64,000 bases of DNA from Negaprion brevirostris. Its lineage: Eukaryota. A program made the translations under genes and the position numbers. Below the pieces are notes generated by a model, which was given only the letters and a program-made list of their open reading frames with translations, ran no database searches and was not told where the DNA came from. Shown here piece after piece: positions 25,200 to 37,450 of the stretch (the first letter of the stretch is position 1; each line of letters opens with the position of its first letter). The stretch spans positions 82,539,012 to 82,603,011 of the forward strand of contig JARDVH010000193.1 in NCBI GenBank assembly GCA_030324005.1. The letters are read 5' to 3'.

Positions 25200-26130
25200 T
25201 ATTCCTCCTGGAACCTGTCAGCTATTAAAATATTACAAGACTGTCTCCCAGATTTTCCTTCCTCCATGGAATCAACATGTACATACTGTTCCTTAGCAGC
25301 CCCCAGGGCTTCCTGTACCACCATACCTTCCAATGAGCTTCAAGACCCCATTTTACCATCTGGCAAAGTCTCAATTCCTTGTATAGCCACATTGTGAAGC
25401 ACAGCGCACTGTGATCATACAGGGAAACACAGTAAGAAGTCTCACAACACCAGGTNNNNNNNNNNNNNNNNNNNNNNNNNNNNNNNNNNNNNNNNNNNNN
25501 NNNNNNNNNNNNNNNNNNNNNNNNNNNNNNNNNNNNNNNNNNNNNNNNNNNNGGGCAAACCCCGAAAGCTAGTGGGTTTACTATCAAATAAACTTGTTGG
25601 ATTTTAACCTGGTGTTGTGAGGCTTCTTACTGTGTTTTCCCCAACGCAACACCCGCATCTCCCGATCATACAGGGAAGCCAGTGTGTATTGAACAGAGAC
25701 ATTAAGTGGTCCAGACACCCAGAGCACATCTTTGGAAGTCCTATGGTCTGCTCTATAAGGGAGCAGCTTTGTACCTCTCTTCAGCATGAAATAGAGGGTG
25801 AGGCACCAGAGATATCGGCTAGTATTTAAGTGGGTAGCCTGTATCCCTCAGATACCATTCCTGCTGCTGGAAAATCTGGGAGTGATTAAGGATGAAGAAG
25901 TCATAGCATCTTCCATAGTATCGGGCACACACATGCAGGATGTGTTTGCAATGTTCACATATGAGTTGCACATTGATAGAATAATAGCCCTTGTAGTTTA
26001 TAAACATTAAGGACTGCTGTTAGGGAGTCTGTGTTGCCAGATGGATGCAACGTATTACACGCTGCACTGTTGGTTAACCTGCGATAACTTCAAAGCCAGT
26101 GAAGCTTTGAACCTTGCAGTCCTCATCCAG
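25200..26130 (-). pseudogene. PIF/Harbinger DDE transposase relic (HARBI1-like, DDE_Tnp_4 type)
   Basis: GFEVIAG*PTVQRVIRCIHLA; FINYKGYYSINVQLICEHCKHILHVCARYYGRCYDFFIL; WYLRDTGYPLK; IEQTIGL; LHNVAIQ; ends LIADRFQEE*. Stops, frameshifts and an insertion present. Confidence 0.88.
25427..25663. mobile_element. Palindromic Penelope-derived non-autonomous element, copy 1
   Basis: 14-bp TSD GATCATACAGGGAA (25413-25426 / 25664-25677); 31-bp inverted arms 25425-25455 / 25607-25637 with 1 mismatch; centre is an N gap. Penelope origin is inferred. Confidence 0.75.
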
Positions 26131-26433
26131 GGACCACAAGACCACAAGATGTAGGAGCAGATTTGGCCATGCCATAACTCTAAGATGTAAATGAAATGAT
26201 TAAATCAAAGCAGCTCTGCACTCCATTCATTGAAGTGGCATACCAATTATCTTTCAGTTGCTCATGGTGAATGAGTGGAATCCATTTGGCCATTGATGAA
26301 TGGCCTTCATTGTTAACCTGTGACTGCCCTTCACAGATGGGATGGTAGATATAATCCAGATATAACCCTTCACTATTGCCTTCATTCTCCAAGGCTACAT
26401 TCCTACATATGACTCTGTTGATGTAGACAATAG

Positions 26434-26694
26434 TTTACATTAACACTGCAATGAAGTTACTGTGAAAATCCCCCAGTCGCCATACTCTGGTGCCTGTTCA
26501 GGTTAACTGAGGAAGATTTCAATCTGGCCAATGCACGTCTTTTGGACTGTAGGAGGAAAGCGGAGCACCTGGAGGAAATCCATGCAGACACGGGGAGAAT
26601 GGGCAGACTCTGCACAGACAGTGACGCAAGCCGGGAATTGAACCTGGGTCCCTGGCGCTGTGAGGCAGTACTACTAACCACGATGCCACCATGT
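26434..26694 (-). mobile_element. HE1/V-SINE-like SINE, tail type A
   Basis: Same head, body and tail as 12983-13256. Confidence 0.9.
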
Positions 26695-27989
26695 GAAGCT
26701 ATTGAGTTCTTGTGTATTTATTTAGCAGTGCAGAATGAAACTATGGCTTTCAGTTGTTTCCAGGGCATCAAAATACCTCTCCATTGTAACTGACCTGGAT
26801 CTTGTGCACTGTAGCAGCACAAACAAGTGAGAGAGCATCCCAAAAAGGAGCCACATAGCCCAGCCGAGCGGTCGTCCCACACTGACTCACACTCCTCCCA
26901 AACAAAACCGACCTTACTTACAAATTTTTCACAATGCTATTGTCCTGAGACTCAAGACTTCAACCTGTGCCTCAGGTGTGACCCTCCCTGCCTCATTGTC
27001 CATGTACCTCACAATATGCAGTTAGAACTATTGTTATTCTCCAGCCTCCCCTAGTAATACTGGACCTCATTGTTGGCATGGTGGACACTCTAACATTCCC
27101 CTTCAAGCCTATCACTTGCGTTGTGCCCATGCCCCACGTGAACCTCTATCCACCCATCTGGAGGCTGTGCGCACGGATACATCTTGATGTGACGCACCCC
27201 CCCCCCACCGCCCCATCCCCACCCCAACCCCGCCATTCACTCCCNNNNNNNNNNNNNNNNNNNNNNNNNNNNNNNNNNNNNNNNNNNNNNNNNNNNNNNN
27301 NNNNNNNNNNNNNNNNNNNNNNNNNNNNNNNNNNNNNNNNNNNNNNNNNNNNNNNNNNNNNNNNNNNNNNNNNNNNNNNNNNNNNNNNNNNNNNNNNNNN
27401 NNNNNNNNNNNNNNNNNNNNNNNNTGTGGAATACACAGTCCTTGTGCCCCCTCTACAGCTGCAGTATACCATGCTGTCAATGATTGCTCCTGTTATATGG
27501 CCACTGGTCTACTATGGCACTGACTGCTTTCTCTGACTTCAGACTGTGAGGTCCACAAAGCACTTGGACTGCCTGTCGCCTGTGATTCCTTTCCATTTTG
27601 CACCAGGAATCTAGTGCAAGACCTTGAACTAAAAAAAAGGACTTTGGCATAATTCCCCTTTCCAAAGAGGTTTATAGACAACAGTGGCTCTCCCATAGCA
27701 TGCCACCTTGATTTCTGTGTGCTGGTGCATACCGCCCCTAATGTCACACTAATGAATTTCCACACATCCCTATTCTGGAGTTTTCATGCATCCTCTCCCA
27801 GTAAACAATGTGGATACCTTTGATGCCTTTCTTTGTCAGCATTTCATACAACTTTTGCCTTCCCTCTACCTCCCATTGTTTCTCATCTTCATCAACTTCC
27901 TTGTCCCTCTGTGCATTATCATGCTCACCTTGCACCCCTGCTCAGTCAAACTCTGGTCAGTCAAAGCAGAGACTGAATGAATCCGGCAG

Positions 27990-28200
27990 TAGTCATGATG
28001 TGGATGTGCCGGCGTTGGACTGGGGNNNNNNNNNNNNNNNNNNNNNNNNNNNNNNNNNNNNNNNNNNNNNNNNNNNNNNNNNNNNNNNNNNNNNNNNNNN
28101 NNNNNNNNNNNNNNNNNNNNNNNNNCCCCTCAAAAGCTTGTGAGTTTACTATCAAATAAATCGGTTGGACTAAAACCTGGTGTTGTCAGACTTTTTACTG
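27990..28200. mobile_element. Palindromic Penelope-derived element, copy 2 (opposite orientation)
   Basis: 12-bp TSD TGAATCCGGCAG (27978-27989 / 28201-28212); shares ACTATCAAATAAA..GTTGGA..AACCTGGTGTTGT with copy 1. Confidence 0.75.
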
Positions 28201-29877
28201 TGAATCCGGCAGCACAGTGCTGTATATACAAACAACGGTATCAGGTACCCGGAACAGAAAAATCCTGCACTCTTCTAAGCCCAGTACTGATCTGAGTGGG
28301 TGAAAGGAGAGGGTCCCTGAGTCCAGCAGCAAGCAGAGTGCTGCCCCCAGAGACAGTTCTGGCATGGAGCTGGAGAGCATGACCTCCTCTGCCCCAGCGG
28401 AATGGTGGTTAGTATAACAAAAGCAGCACAGCAGTATCACAGGTGTAGACTGTGTATGTCACACTCACCTCAAAGTCTCAAGCAACCTTGTGCACATTTC
28501 TCTTTTCCAAATGAGTTTGAGGCCAATGTAATTTTGCACTGATGTGATGCAGTATTATTGGAAGACATGGGGAGATTTTGCAGCCAGCTGTTTGAATAAG
28601 CATTCCTGAGATGTAAATGGCTGCTAGAAAACAGAGCGGTCATTAATCTGCCAGTTTTTACGCTGGCGGGTTTCTGACTTTTTGGGTCCTACTAGATTCG
28701 TCACTCTCGCTGGTCGTCAAACCTGCCATAGGGGGAATGGAAGCATTCCATTCTCTAGTTTAGGCAGGAATACAAAAAATAAACGAACATTCCACTTGAC
28801 AAAGATATTCTAATTTTGAAATTCCACTGCAGATCTGATAACAGACTAGTGGAATCCCTGTTTTCAGCCAGTTATGGGATTTGGTTAGGACTTCCACCAC
28901 GTAGAAGACCAATAAAGTCTCTATAGATTTCCAGGGTCTCTGTGTTTGGTATAAGGTGAAATGTATATTTTCTGGAATTATCATAGCTATTGTTTTATCA
29001 GACAAACTCCATTTTATGAACAAATACTGACATAAGAGTAGGGATAGCAACAGGTCTCTGACCATCAATGTGATAAATCCTCTTTCAAATTCTAACTTAT
29101 TTATACCTAGTCATTCAACAGTGATGAACTTGCATGATCACCATGGTAGCAACAGTTTCTTTGTTACCCTGTCTTCTAATCTTAATCAATCCTTATTGAC
29201 TTTCGAGTTGGAAACATTAATCTAGACATTCACACTCTGGATCTGCTCTAATCCACTTAGAAAAGTGTGGGTTTGATAAGGATTCAGTGGCAAGCTTGAA
29301 AGAAAGCTTTCTTGGGTGACCAGGAAGCAATGATTTATCCACAGTTCTTTCAGCTCAGGTTTTCAACCCTGAAAGAGAGAGAAAAACAACAGATGAAGGC
29401 GGCTTCTCTCTGTTGCTGATAAGGATCTTGTGTGAAATGAATTTGAGACAGTCTCAGTCCAGATTTTAATTGGTATGATTTCAGGGCGAAGCTATAAGGA
29501 TAATTGCCCTGGCACACTCAGCTGTAAGTTAGCAAAGCCGGAAACACATGAAATGACCTCTGAAACATTTTTCTCCACCAAAACATTCATTCAATATAAC
29601 GGTTATCATCCCTAAATGAAATAACCCACTTCCTCACTGTACTGAAACCATACTATCATTTCACCAGGGTTTCAAAATTGTGGAATTCTATATTCCTCAT
29701 TCTCCACTGATTCTTACAACTAAAGCTTGATGTTAAACATAATCTCGTCATGTTACTTTCAAATCTTATCAATCTTGAGCACCTTGTCTTGCACTTTAGG
29801 TTTTATGACTCCAGGCTTCTCAATAAAAATAAATGTGATCAGAGATTGCCAATCAGGTACAAACCTGACGACAAAAT

Positions 29878-30208
29878 GGGGAGGCAATGGCCGAATGGTA
29901 TAATCGCTAGATATTAATTCAGAAACTCAGCTAATGTTCTGGGGGACCAGGTTCGAATCCTTCCACCACAGATGGTGAAATTTGAATCCAATAAAAATAT
30001 ATGGAATGACCTTCGTCGATTGTCAGAAAAACTCATCTGGTTCACTAATGTCCTATAGGGAAGGAAATCTGCCATCCTTAGCTGGTATGGCCTACATGTG
30101 AGTCCAGACCCACAGTAATAAGATTGACTCTCAACTGCCCATAGATAGCTAAGGATGGGCAATAAATGCTGACCAGCCAGGAACACCAATGTCCCTTGAT
30201 TGAATAAA
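29878..30208 (+). mobile_element. tRNA-derived SINE with a LINE-type tail (second SINE family)
   Basis: Box A-like TGGCCGAATGG, box B-like GGTTCGAATCC; tail GGATGGGCAATAAATGCTG...GAATAAA; second copy at 40594-40940. Confidence 0.8.
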
Positions 30209-30427
30209 TGTAAATGTAAGAATCACACCTGTCCACTATATTGTGGTTAGCCTAACATTAATTTTCCACATGATCATCATAAGGCATTACAATTCCTATG
30301 ATTGGAAATGTGAACGTTGGAGATGATGCAAGATTTAAAGTCATGCAGCAGCTGAAAGAACAAGCATTTTGCTTTCTGAAATGTGCAACTCAATAGCTTG
30401 CTGCAAATATTCTGGAAGGTGTATCCA

Positions 30428-30650
30428 AGTTCTCTCTCCATCCTCATAACCCTGTGCCTTTCCCATGACTAATCCATCTAACCTACACATCTTTGGACCA
30501 TGGGCGGAAACTGGACCACCCAACAGATACCCATGCAGACATGGGGAGAATGTGCAAATCCCACACAGACTGTCACCCAAGGCTGGAATTGAACCTGGGT
30601 TCTGGGCACTGTGAGACAACAATGCTAAGCACTGTGCCACTATGCTGCCC
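30428..30650 (-). mobile_element. HE1/V-SINE-like SINE
   Basis: Head GGGCAGCATAGTGGCACAGTG on the minus strand with the conserved body. Confidence 0.85.
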
Positions 30651-31959
30651 TGATTTTTACTGACACTTTGTGTTGAATTGAGGGAGCCAAACTGAGATTT
30701 ATCAATGAGGTTACATTTTGGGGAGTAAGTACAACAAATTCTAATAAGAACTGTGAATGACTTGAGTTTGAGACAGATCAGCAGATGGGTAGAAAAAATT
30801 GAACGTTGAAACTTGTGATACAATATATTGCATTGAAGCAGGAAATACACTTGAGACTGTAAGGTTTTAAATCAAGTTCAGGTGAATGTCATCATATCAT
30901 CAAATGTTGGCAGTGCAAGTAGCTTCCATTATAAAGGTGGAATTATATCTGGAGAAATAAAATGCCAAAACAATTAAATACTGTTGAAAACTTGTACATT
31001 CCAGCTGGTGTTTAATGCTCTGGATATCATGATTAGAAGGGTCCAAAAGCAAAGAGAGGCATGATGTATATTCTCTCATTTGTAAGCAGGCATAAGGAAT
31101 TAAAGCTCTGGTAGATCACTGGGAAGATAGGTTCTGGCATTTCCCTGGGTGTTTCCCTGCAGATCAACTGGATCCCAAGTGAAACTTTTTAAATTGCGAA
31201 AACCTTTTTTTACACCAAGTTTCCAGACCTTCTTGCCATCACCCACTGAGTGTATATATGTTTAAGATGCTGCATCATTATTAATATACATGATCCACTC
31301 AAGTATGGCAGCACTTGTGTGGATTAACAGCCCTAGCAGCACAATCAACAAAGGATGCTTCAAAGCATTTAATCCTTAAATGCACTGTTGGATTCCTATC
31401 ATTCTCTTGAAGGCCTGTGAAGGATTCTCAAGTATTATTCAGATTGTTTCAGGAATTATGTAAAACTAATGTCGAGTGAAATTCTGATTCTATCTTTACC
31501 TGGGGGTCACAAGCCATTTTTTGTTACTGTGAAAACTTCAGCATTACAAGACAATCATCGCTGATTGAACAATGCGTTAGGCTGCACCCCTTGAAAACAA
31601 GCTGCTCTTTAACTCTTCTAGTGTCAGTGTTCTGCCCATATCCAGTGCTGCTTATGTTGAATGTCATTTTGATAAGAGCATTAGCAAGAACATTGCAAAT
31701 ATGCACTAGAAGCACCCAGGGTAGACAACTTGTGGTGCCAGCCGACATCTAACATTGATTTGAAGACACCAGTTTCATCTTGGATCTTACGATTCTAGAC
31801 AACCTTCTCTTGTAAACACACACAGCTGAATATATCTTCAACAGCAGAATAGACCCCCACCAGTGCCCTTAAAAGGGATCATTCTGGTTAATATTTATTA
31901 ATTTTTATTGCCACTGCTTGAATCTGTGGAAGATCAGGGTGTTTGGAGGATTCACATAC

Positions 31960-32115
31960 AGTTCATAAATGATGATGTGATGCCAGTCCAATGATGGGCA
32001 GCACCATCAACTCAATGAGGGTGAGAATGTCCAGCCATGGTAGTTCTCCACTACTTAGCTGGTGCTGCAGCTTATTATGGCCCACCTGATCCTGCAAGAG
32101 GGAGGGAAATGTGTT
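31960..32115 (-). pseudogene. Harbinger Myb/SANT gene relic, isolated second exon (copy 3)
   Basis: Acceptor TTTCCCTCCCTCTTGCAG then DQVGHNKLQHQLSSGELPWLDILTLIELMVLPIIG, homologous to DKVAHNRREQ at 34183. Confidence 0.6.
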
Positions 32116-32429
32116 TGTGAGTATGATCCAACATTTCTGGGGGATGTGGCTATCATGTTTGAACAGCTGGCAATTGTGAGAAGTGATTGTGTGATTTATG
32201 TTAAATGCCAAGTGTGTGTGATGGGGTCACAGCCTCAGGATAAGGGGTAAGCCATTCAAGACTGAGGTGAGGAAGAACTTTTTCACTCAGGTGACTTGGG
32301 GCAGCTATCAGAAGTTAATGTCTATTCTTGCCTTTAAAATGTCCTTTTTAAACAATTCAATATGTGTTTTCAACCAGTTAAAGTAAAGATTAATACAACT
32401 CATGCACAAGTCACATCATTGTGACAACT

Positions 32430-33200
32430 TGCCTTGGAGGCAATACAGATAAGTTTCACTAAATTGCTCAGTAGGATTAGGGTGTTGCTCTATGAGGAAA
32501 GGCTGAGGATGGTATACTCTCAGGAGTTTAGCAGAATGAGAAACAATCTCATTAAAACCTACAAGATTCTGAAGGGGCACAATAGGGTAAACACTGAAAG
32601 ATTGTTTCTGCTCACTGGGGAACCTAAAGCACAGGGGCACAATCTCAGAATAAGGGAACAGTGTCTGTAATTGTGGGGTTGCATAGTATCACAGTGGGTA
32701 GCCATGCTGCCTCNNNNNNNNNNCAGGACCTGGGTCAGAGTCCCGGCTTGGGTCTCTGTGCGGAGTTTGTATGCTCTCCCCATGTCTGCATGGGTTTCCC
32801 CTGGGTTCTCCGGTTTCCTCCCATTAGCTGGTTAAGTGCATTGTTTCGAATAGACTGTGGCAACTAGGGGAATTTCACAGTAACTTCATTACAGTGTTAA
32901 TGTAAGCGTTACTTGTGACTAATAAAAAGAACAATTATTTAGGACGGGGATGAACAGAACTTATTTAATTCAAAGGGCTGTGAACGTTTGGGATTCTTTG
33001 CCCAGGAGGGTTGTGAATGTTCCATCGTTGAATACATTTAAGGTTGGGATAGCCAACTTTTGGTCCCTTGGGTAATTAAGGATATGGGGAATGGGCAAGA
33101 AAGTGGAGTTGAAGCCTAAGAAGAGTCCTGTTCACACTGAATTTCGGAGCAGTCTTGATGTGCCATATGGTCTCCTCCTGCTCCTATTTCCTGTGTTGTT
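32430..33200 (+). mobile_element. CR1 LINE 3' end split by a SINE
   Basis: YEERLRMVYSQEFSRMRNNLIKTYKILKG..GHNLRIR; resumes at ~32935. Confidence 0.85.
32675..32930 (+). mobile_element. HE1/V-SINE-like SINE, tail type A
   Basis: Head, body and tail A. Confidence 0.85.
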
Positions 33201-33699
33201 GCAGAATTAGGCTGACCTGTATGTCATTTGGGTTTTTTTTGGCACACGTCAATAACATCCAGTAAAGATGCAGAATTCACATTAAATGTTTCTGTAATGT
33301 TTACTATTTCATAAACATTAACATTTTTTGGCTGTACTTCATCAATTCCCCTGAAAATCAAACAGGAAAATATCCATAAAACATGAGAAACTTATCAGGC
33401 TAAAAATTGGTCTGTGCAGACTTGCAGGCATAGAAGCCATGATTGGTGAGCTGCTTGCACACTCTGAAGTGGAGGTAGGCAGCATGAAAATTTGGTGCTG
33501 CCACCTCATTTAACTCTTTGTGGCATAGGACTGAACATCATCTGTGTTGCTGGGTGCCTCAACACTCAGCAAGCAGCCAAAGTTCTGGTGCAAATAGTAC
33601 ATAGATCAGTCAATCTTCTGCTCTTAAAGGAGGTCTGTCTCTCTTAAAGAAAATCAGCACTAGGTCTGAATATTTTTGAAATTGAAAACAACAAAAATT

Positions 33700-34850
33700 A
33701 AGATCCATGGCAGAGAGGGCTCCAGGGACATGAACGCAACACTGGAAGCCATAGTGGTTGAGGTGGGAAGGAGGAGAGATACTAGAGGAGGAGCCAGAAA
33801 GCCCTCAAGGAGCATCCATAAATGGGATTTGGAGTAGGTGAAAAAGGTCTGCTACCCTGACCTGAGGAACTGACAGCAGTTCCACAAGAAAACTAATGTC
33901 TTCATGCCGGTGGTTAAAGTTAATGAAAATGTCTTCATGTAATATCTCCTACCCAATGTAAAACCCCCATCACACCCCACCTGCCAGTGCTATCACTCAC
34001 CCATCAGATGACTCAGGTCTAACATGCAGATATTTCACCTTATACTCATACACATTCCAATGACACCAGCCTCATACCCAGCTCCTGCTGTTTCTACACG
34101 CTTTCATCTATTTAGCTACAGCAGGCACAGAACCCAAATGCATCGTAACACAATTACAGACACTCTGCCCTCGCTCATGAAGGACAAGGTGGCACACAAT
34201 AGAAGGGAGCAAAGAAGGCTGATTGGGTATATCTCCTGAGCCTCAAGAAAGAGACAATTGTCCACATGCTGGCACTGGCTACAACAGAGAGTTTGACTTC
34301 CAGAGTCACTGAAAATATTAAGGATAATTGTATGTTTCTGTCTTATACTCCATATCTACTTCCAGCTCATCCTCATCCTGCTATGTGGCATGATGAGCAA
34401 GCTGCAGATGTGACATTGGGTCTCTTGATTTACACCCCATCTGTCTTCTATCATGTCAACCTTCCTTTTCTGATTTTCTGCTTTCAGATGCCCAAGAGCT
34501 GTCGCCTGTCACTTTTTTGCTTTGAATTTGCAGCACGCAGGCACTTAATATCTGGGCAGGGACAGACAAGTCGTGGAAATCAAACAACCTTCCAATGGTG
34601 GTTATTGGATCAGAGTTATATTGCATCCATTGCCAAGGGAAGAGATTTACAGAGTAGAATTTTCCTCTTCTTAAGAATGGGATTTCATTAATGCCCTTTG
34701 GGCAACGTCGGAGCAGGAGGAGGAAAAGCAACAGCGCAGCAGTGAGAAGAGATTCCATCATTTGATTGGACATTTGCAGCCACCAGCTCAGAAGCAAGTA
34801 CTGCATGAACCTTAAAGGCTAGTATAGAGTTGGGATCCGGATATGGTAAG
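33700..34850 (+). pseudogene. Harbinger Myb/SANT gene relic (copy 4)
   Basis: ERAP..NATLEAIVVEVGRRRD..ARKPSRS..QQFHKKTNVF.PVVKV; exon 2 DKVAHNRREQRR; exon 3-like EEIPSFDWTFAATSSEASTA. Confidence 0.75.
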
Positions 34851-35897
34851 TAACCTGGCATGAATGTTCAAAGAGTACAAAGTGCAGCAATTATGTGTTT
34901 AGCACCAGACAAGATTATATTAAAATGAATTGAATGAATAACTCTTTTAACATTCATCTCAGTTCTTTGCATTGTAACTTTGTGATTTTGCTGATACCAT
35001 CTTGGCTTATGCTTTTTGAATATTTATTTGTAAATAAATCAGGACATTAATTTAACCTGTACAAATTGATTTAGCAATGTGAATATTTCTTTGCCTCCTG
35101 AAATGATGTAGCAAGAATCTGATATGCTTTCTTCTGCAGCAATTTATCATGTTGGATCTTTAGTGCATTAATTCAATATGACAGAGAATAAAAGGTGCAA
35201 ATTCAGTTTGCTCAAAAATCAATCTGATTACAGATCTGTCATCAAGCTAATTTCATTAGAAAACCTCATTGGCAAAAGCCCAGACTGTGCCTATGGCTTC
35301 AATCACAAGCATTGACCTTCATCCACCATGATCTGAAAAACAGGCATGACGAGTTAAGGAATTTATTTCATCCATTCACTTTTCTAAAGAGAGGGATTAA
35401 TTCATACATGAACCCAAACACTAAACTGGCCCAATGTGGATCACGTAAAACTACAATTTGTTTTGACATTTGTGACCTGTCCAGCTCCATACTCTGACTG
35501 GAAGCCAATATCCTCACCTTGAAAGTATCACCCAAGGAAAAAATAATTGTCAATTGTTGAGCATTGCATTGGAGCATCAGCATACAGATGCAACTGAGTG
35601 AGAACATTTCAATTTCATTGCAATTAGCTTTTACCGTTGAATAGGGAGAAAAGTTTCTCTGGACCATTGAGGTTGATCTCAGCAATAATCCATTAAAACA
35701 ATGAACTTCATGTAAGAACAGAAAATTAAACAGAGAGTTATTGTGGGATATTTCACTGTATGATTATGGAGTAGCATTGAAAGAATCCTGGAGTTAGGAT
35801 AGTCTCAGAAAAATGAAAAGTGAAAGAGGAAGGGAGGGTTCAATGGTGATGAAGAAGATTAAAAACTGGTTAATCTCCTTGGTTCAAATCAAGCCAT

Positions 35898-36036
35898 GGG
35901 CAGGATTTACGAGCTACGTGCAACCCAAAACTGAAAATTCCATCCCAAGCTTAACAGACCTTTAAATGGTCCACATGGGTTTTCTGTCACACCCACTACA
36001 TTTCTTGTGGTACACGGGATGGCAATTTTCCATCCC
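35898..36036. mobile_element. Family B MITE
   Basis: GGGCAGGATTT ... TTCCATCCC termini. Confidence 0.55.
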
Positions 36037-36166
36037 ACAATTCATGAGATGAAAACCATATTTGGTGCTGACGAGAGGTTAAATTAGTTTTTCTGGCCTA
36101 AATCTGTTCTTTGGGGGAGTTGATCCACAGCACAGAACAAATTCTTAGAATCATAAGGTCATTTAC

Positions 36167-36607
36167 GGGCGGCACGGTTGTATGTTTACGAAACAAAGAT
36201 TGGAAAGGTTGTCAGCTGTTATGATGATAGTCTTGAAATTCAAAGGAACATAGACATATTTATGCATTGGGCAGACAAAGGATTTGATTAGCATTGCTGC
36301 CTCACAGCTCCAGGGACCTGGGTTCAATTCCTGGCTTGGGTCACTGTCTGTGTGGAGTTTGTACGTTCTCCCTGTGGCTGAATGGGTTTCCTCCGGATGC
36401 TCCAGTTTTCTCCCACACTTCAAAGATATGCGGGTTAGGTGCTTTAGCCAGGCTAAATTTCCCCTTAGTGTCCCAGGATGTGTAGGATAAAGGGATTGGT
36501 GGGGTAAATATGTGTGGTTACAGGGAAAGGGCCTTGGTGGGATTGCAGTCGCTGCAGACTCAATGGTCAATGGCCTCCTTCTGCACTGTAGGGATTCTTC
36601 TATTCTA
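36167..36607 (+). mobile_element. HE1-like SINE (tail type B, CR1-derived) with a CR1 fragment inside its head
   Basis: GGGCGGCACGGT at 36167, CR1 piece 36181-36284, SINE resumes TTAGCATTGCTGCCTCACAG; tail TGGCCTCCTTCTGCACTGTAGGGATTC. Confidence 0.85.
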
Positions 36608-36769
36608 TAAGAAATAGGAACCGTGGTCGGTCATACAGTCCATTAAGTCTGCTCCACCATTCAATATATTCATGGTTGATTAGATTGTGGTCTCAACTCT
36701 TCTTTCTTGCTTGCTTCCTTTTAGATTAAAACAAACTGTGCATTTCTTATTCAGGGCTAATTGACAACC

Positions 36770-37450
36770 TCACTCAGTGATAAAGTATCACACAATGGAC
36801 TTGTGGGCAATATTCTAGCTTATGGAATTAAATGAAAGGTAGGCACTTGGATAAGAAATTGACTGAGTGACATGAAACAGAGAGGAGTGATAAATGGTTG
36901 TTTTTCATATTGGAAGACGGTTTGTACTAGAGGTCCCCAGAGATCAGTGTTGCAACCCTGTTTTTCCTGATTTATATCACTGACTCATATTGTGGCCTGC
37001 AGGGCATGATTTCAAAATTGCAGGCGATACAAAGATTGGAAAGATTCTCAACTGTTATGAGGATAGACTTGAAATTCAAAGGGGCATAGACATATTGATG
37101 GATTGGGCAAACAAGTGGCAGATGAAGTTCGATGCAGAGATGTGTAAGGTCAATCAATTTGGTAGGGAGTTGGTATAAAATAAAGGAAGAAGTCTAAAAG
37201 AGATGCAGGAACTTAGAGACCATAGTGTATGTGTGTACGTAAGTCATTGATGGTGGCATCACATGTTGAGAGAGCAGTTAATAAAACACATATTATTGCT
37301 GGTTCAATTAATAGAGGCATTGAATACACGAGTAAGGAGGTCATGCTGAACTTCTATACAACGCTAGTTAGGTCGCATATGGGGTAATGCATCCAGTTTT
37401 GGGTGCCATCCTTGAGAAAGGATGTGAAGACATTGGAGAGAGTACATTGT
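36770..37450 (+). mobile_element. CR1 LINE RT fragment
   Basis: KIAGDTKIGKILNC..LEIQRGIDILMDWANKWQMKFDAEMCKV (FADD region mutated). Confidence 0.88.

Noticed and set aside
25819-26007. Host HARBI1 gene
   Set aside because: Stops, frameshifts, a lost catalytic Asp and a TE insertion show a dead transposon copy, not the domesticated gene
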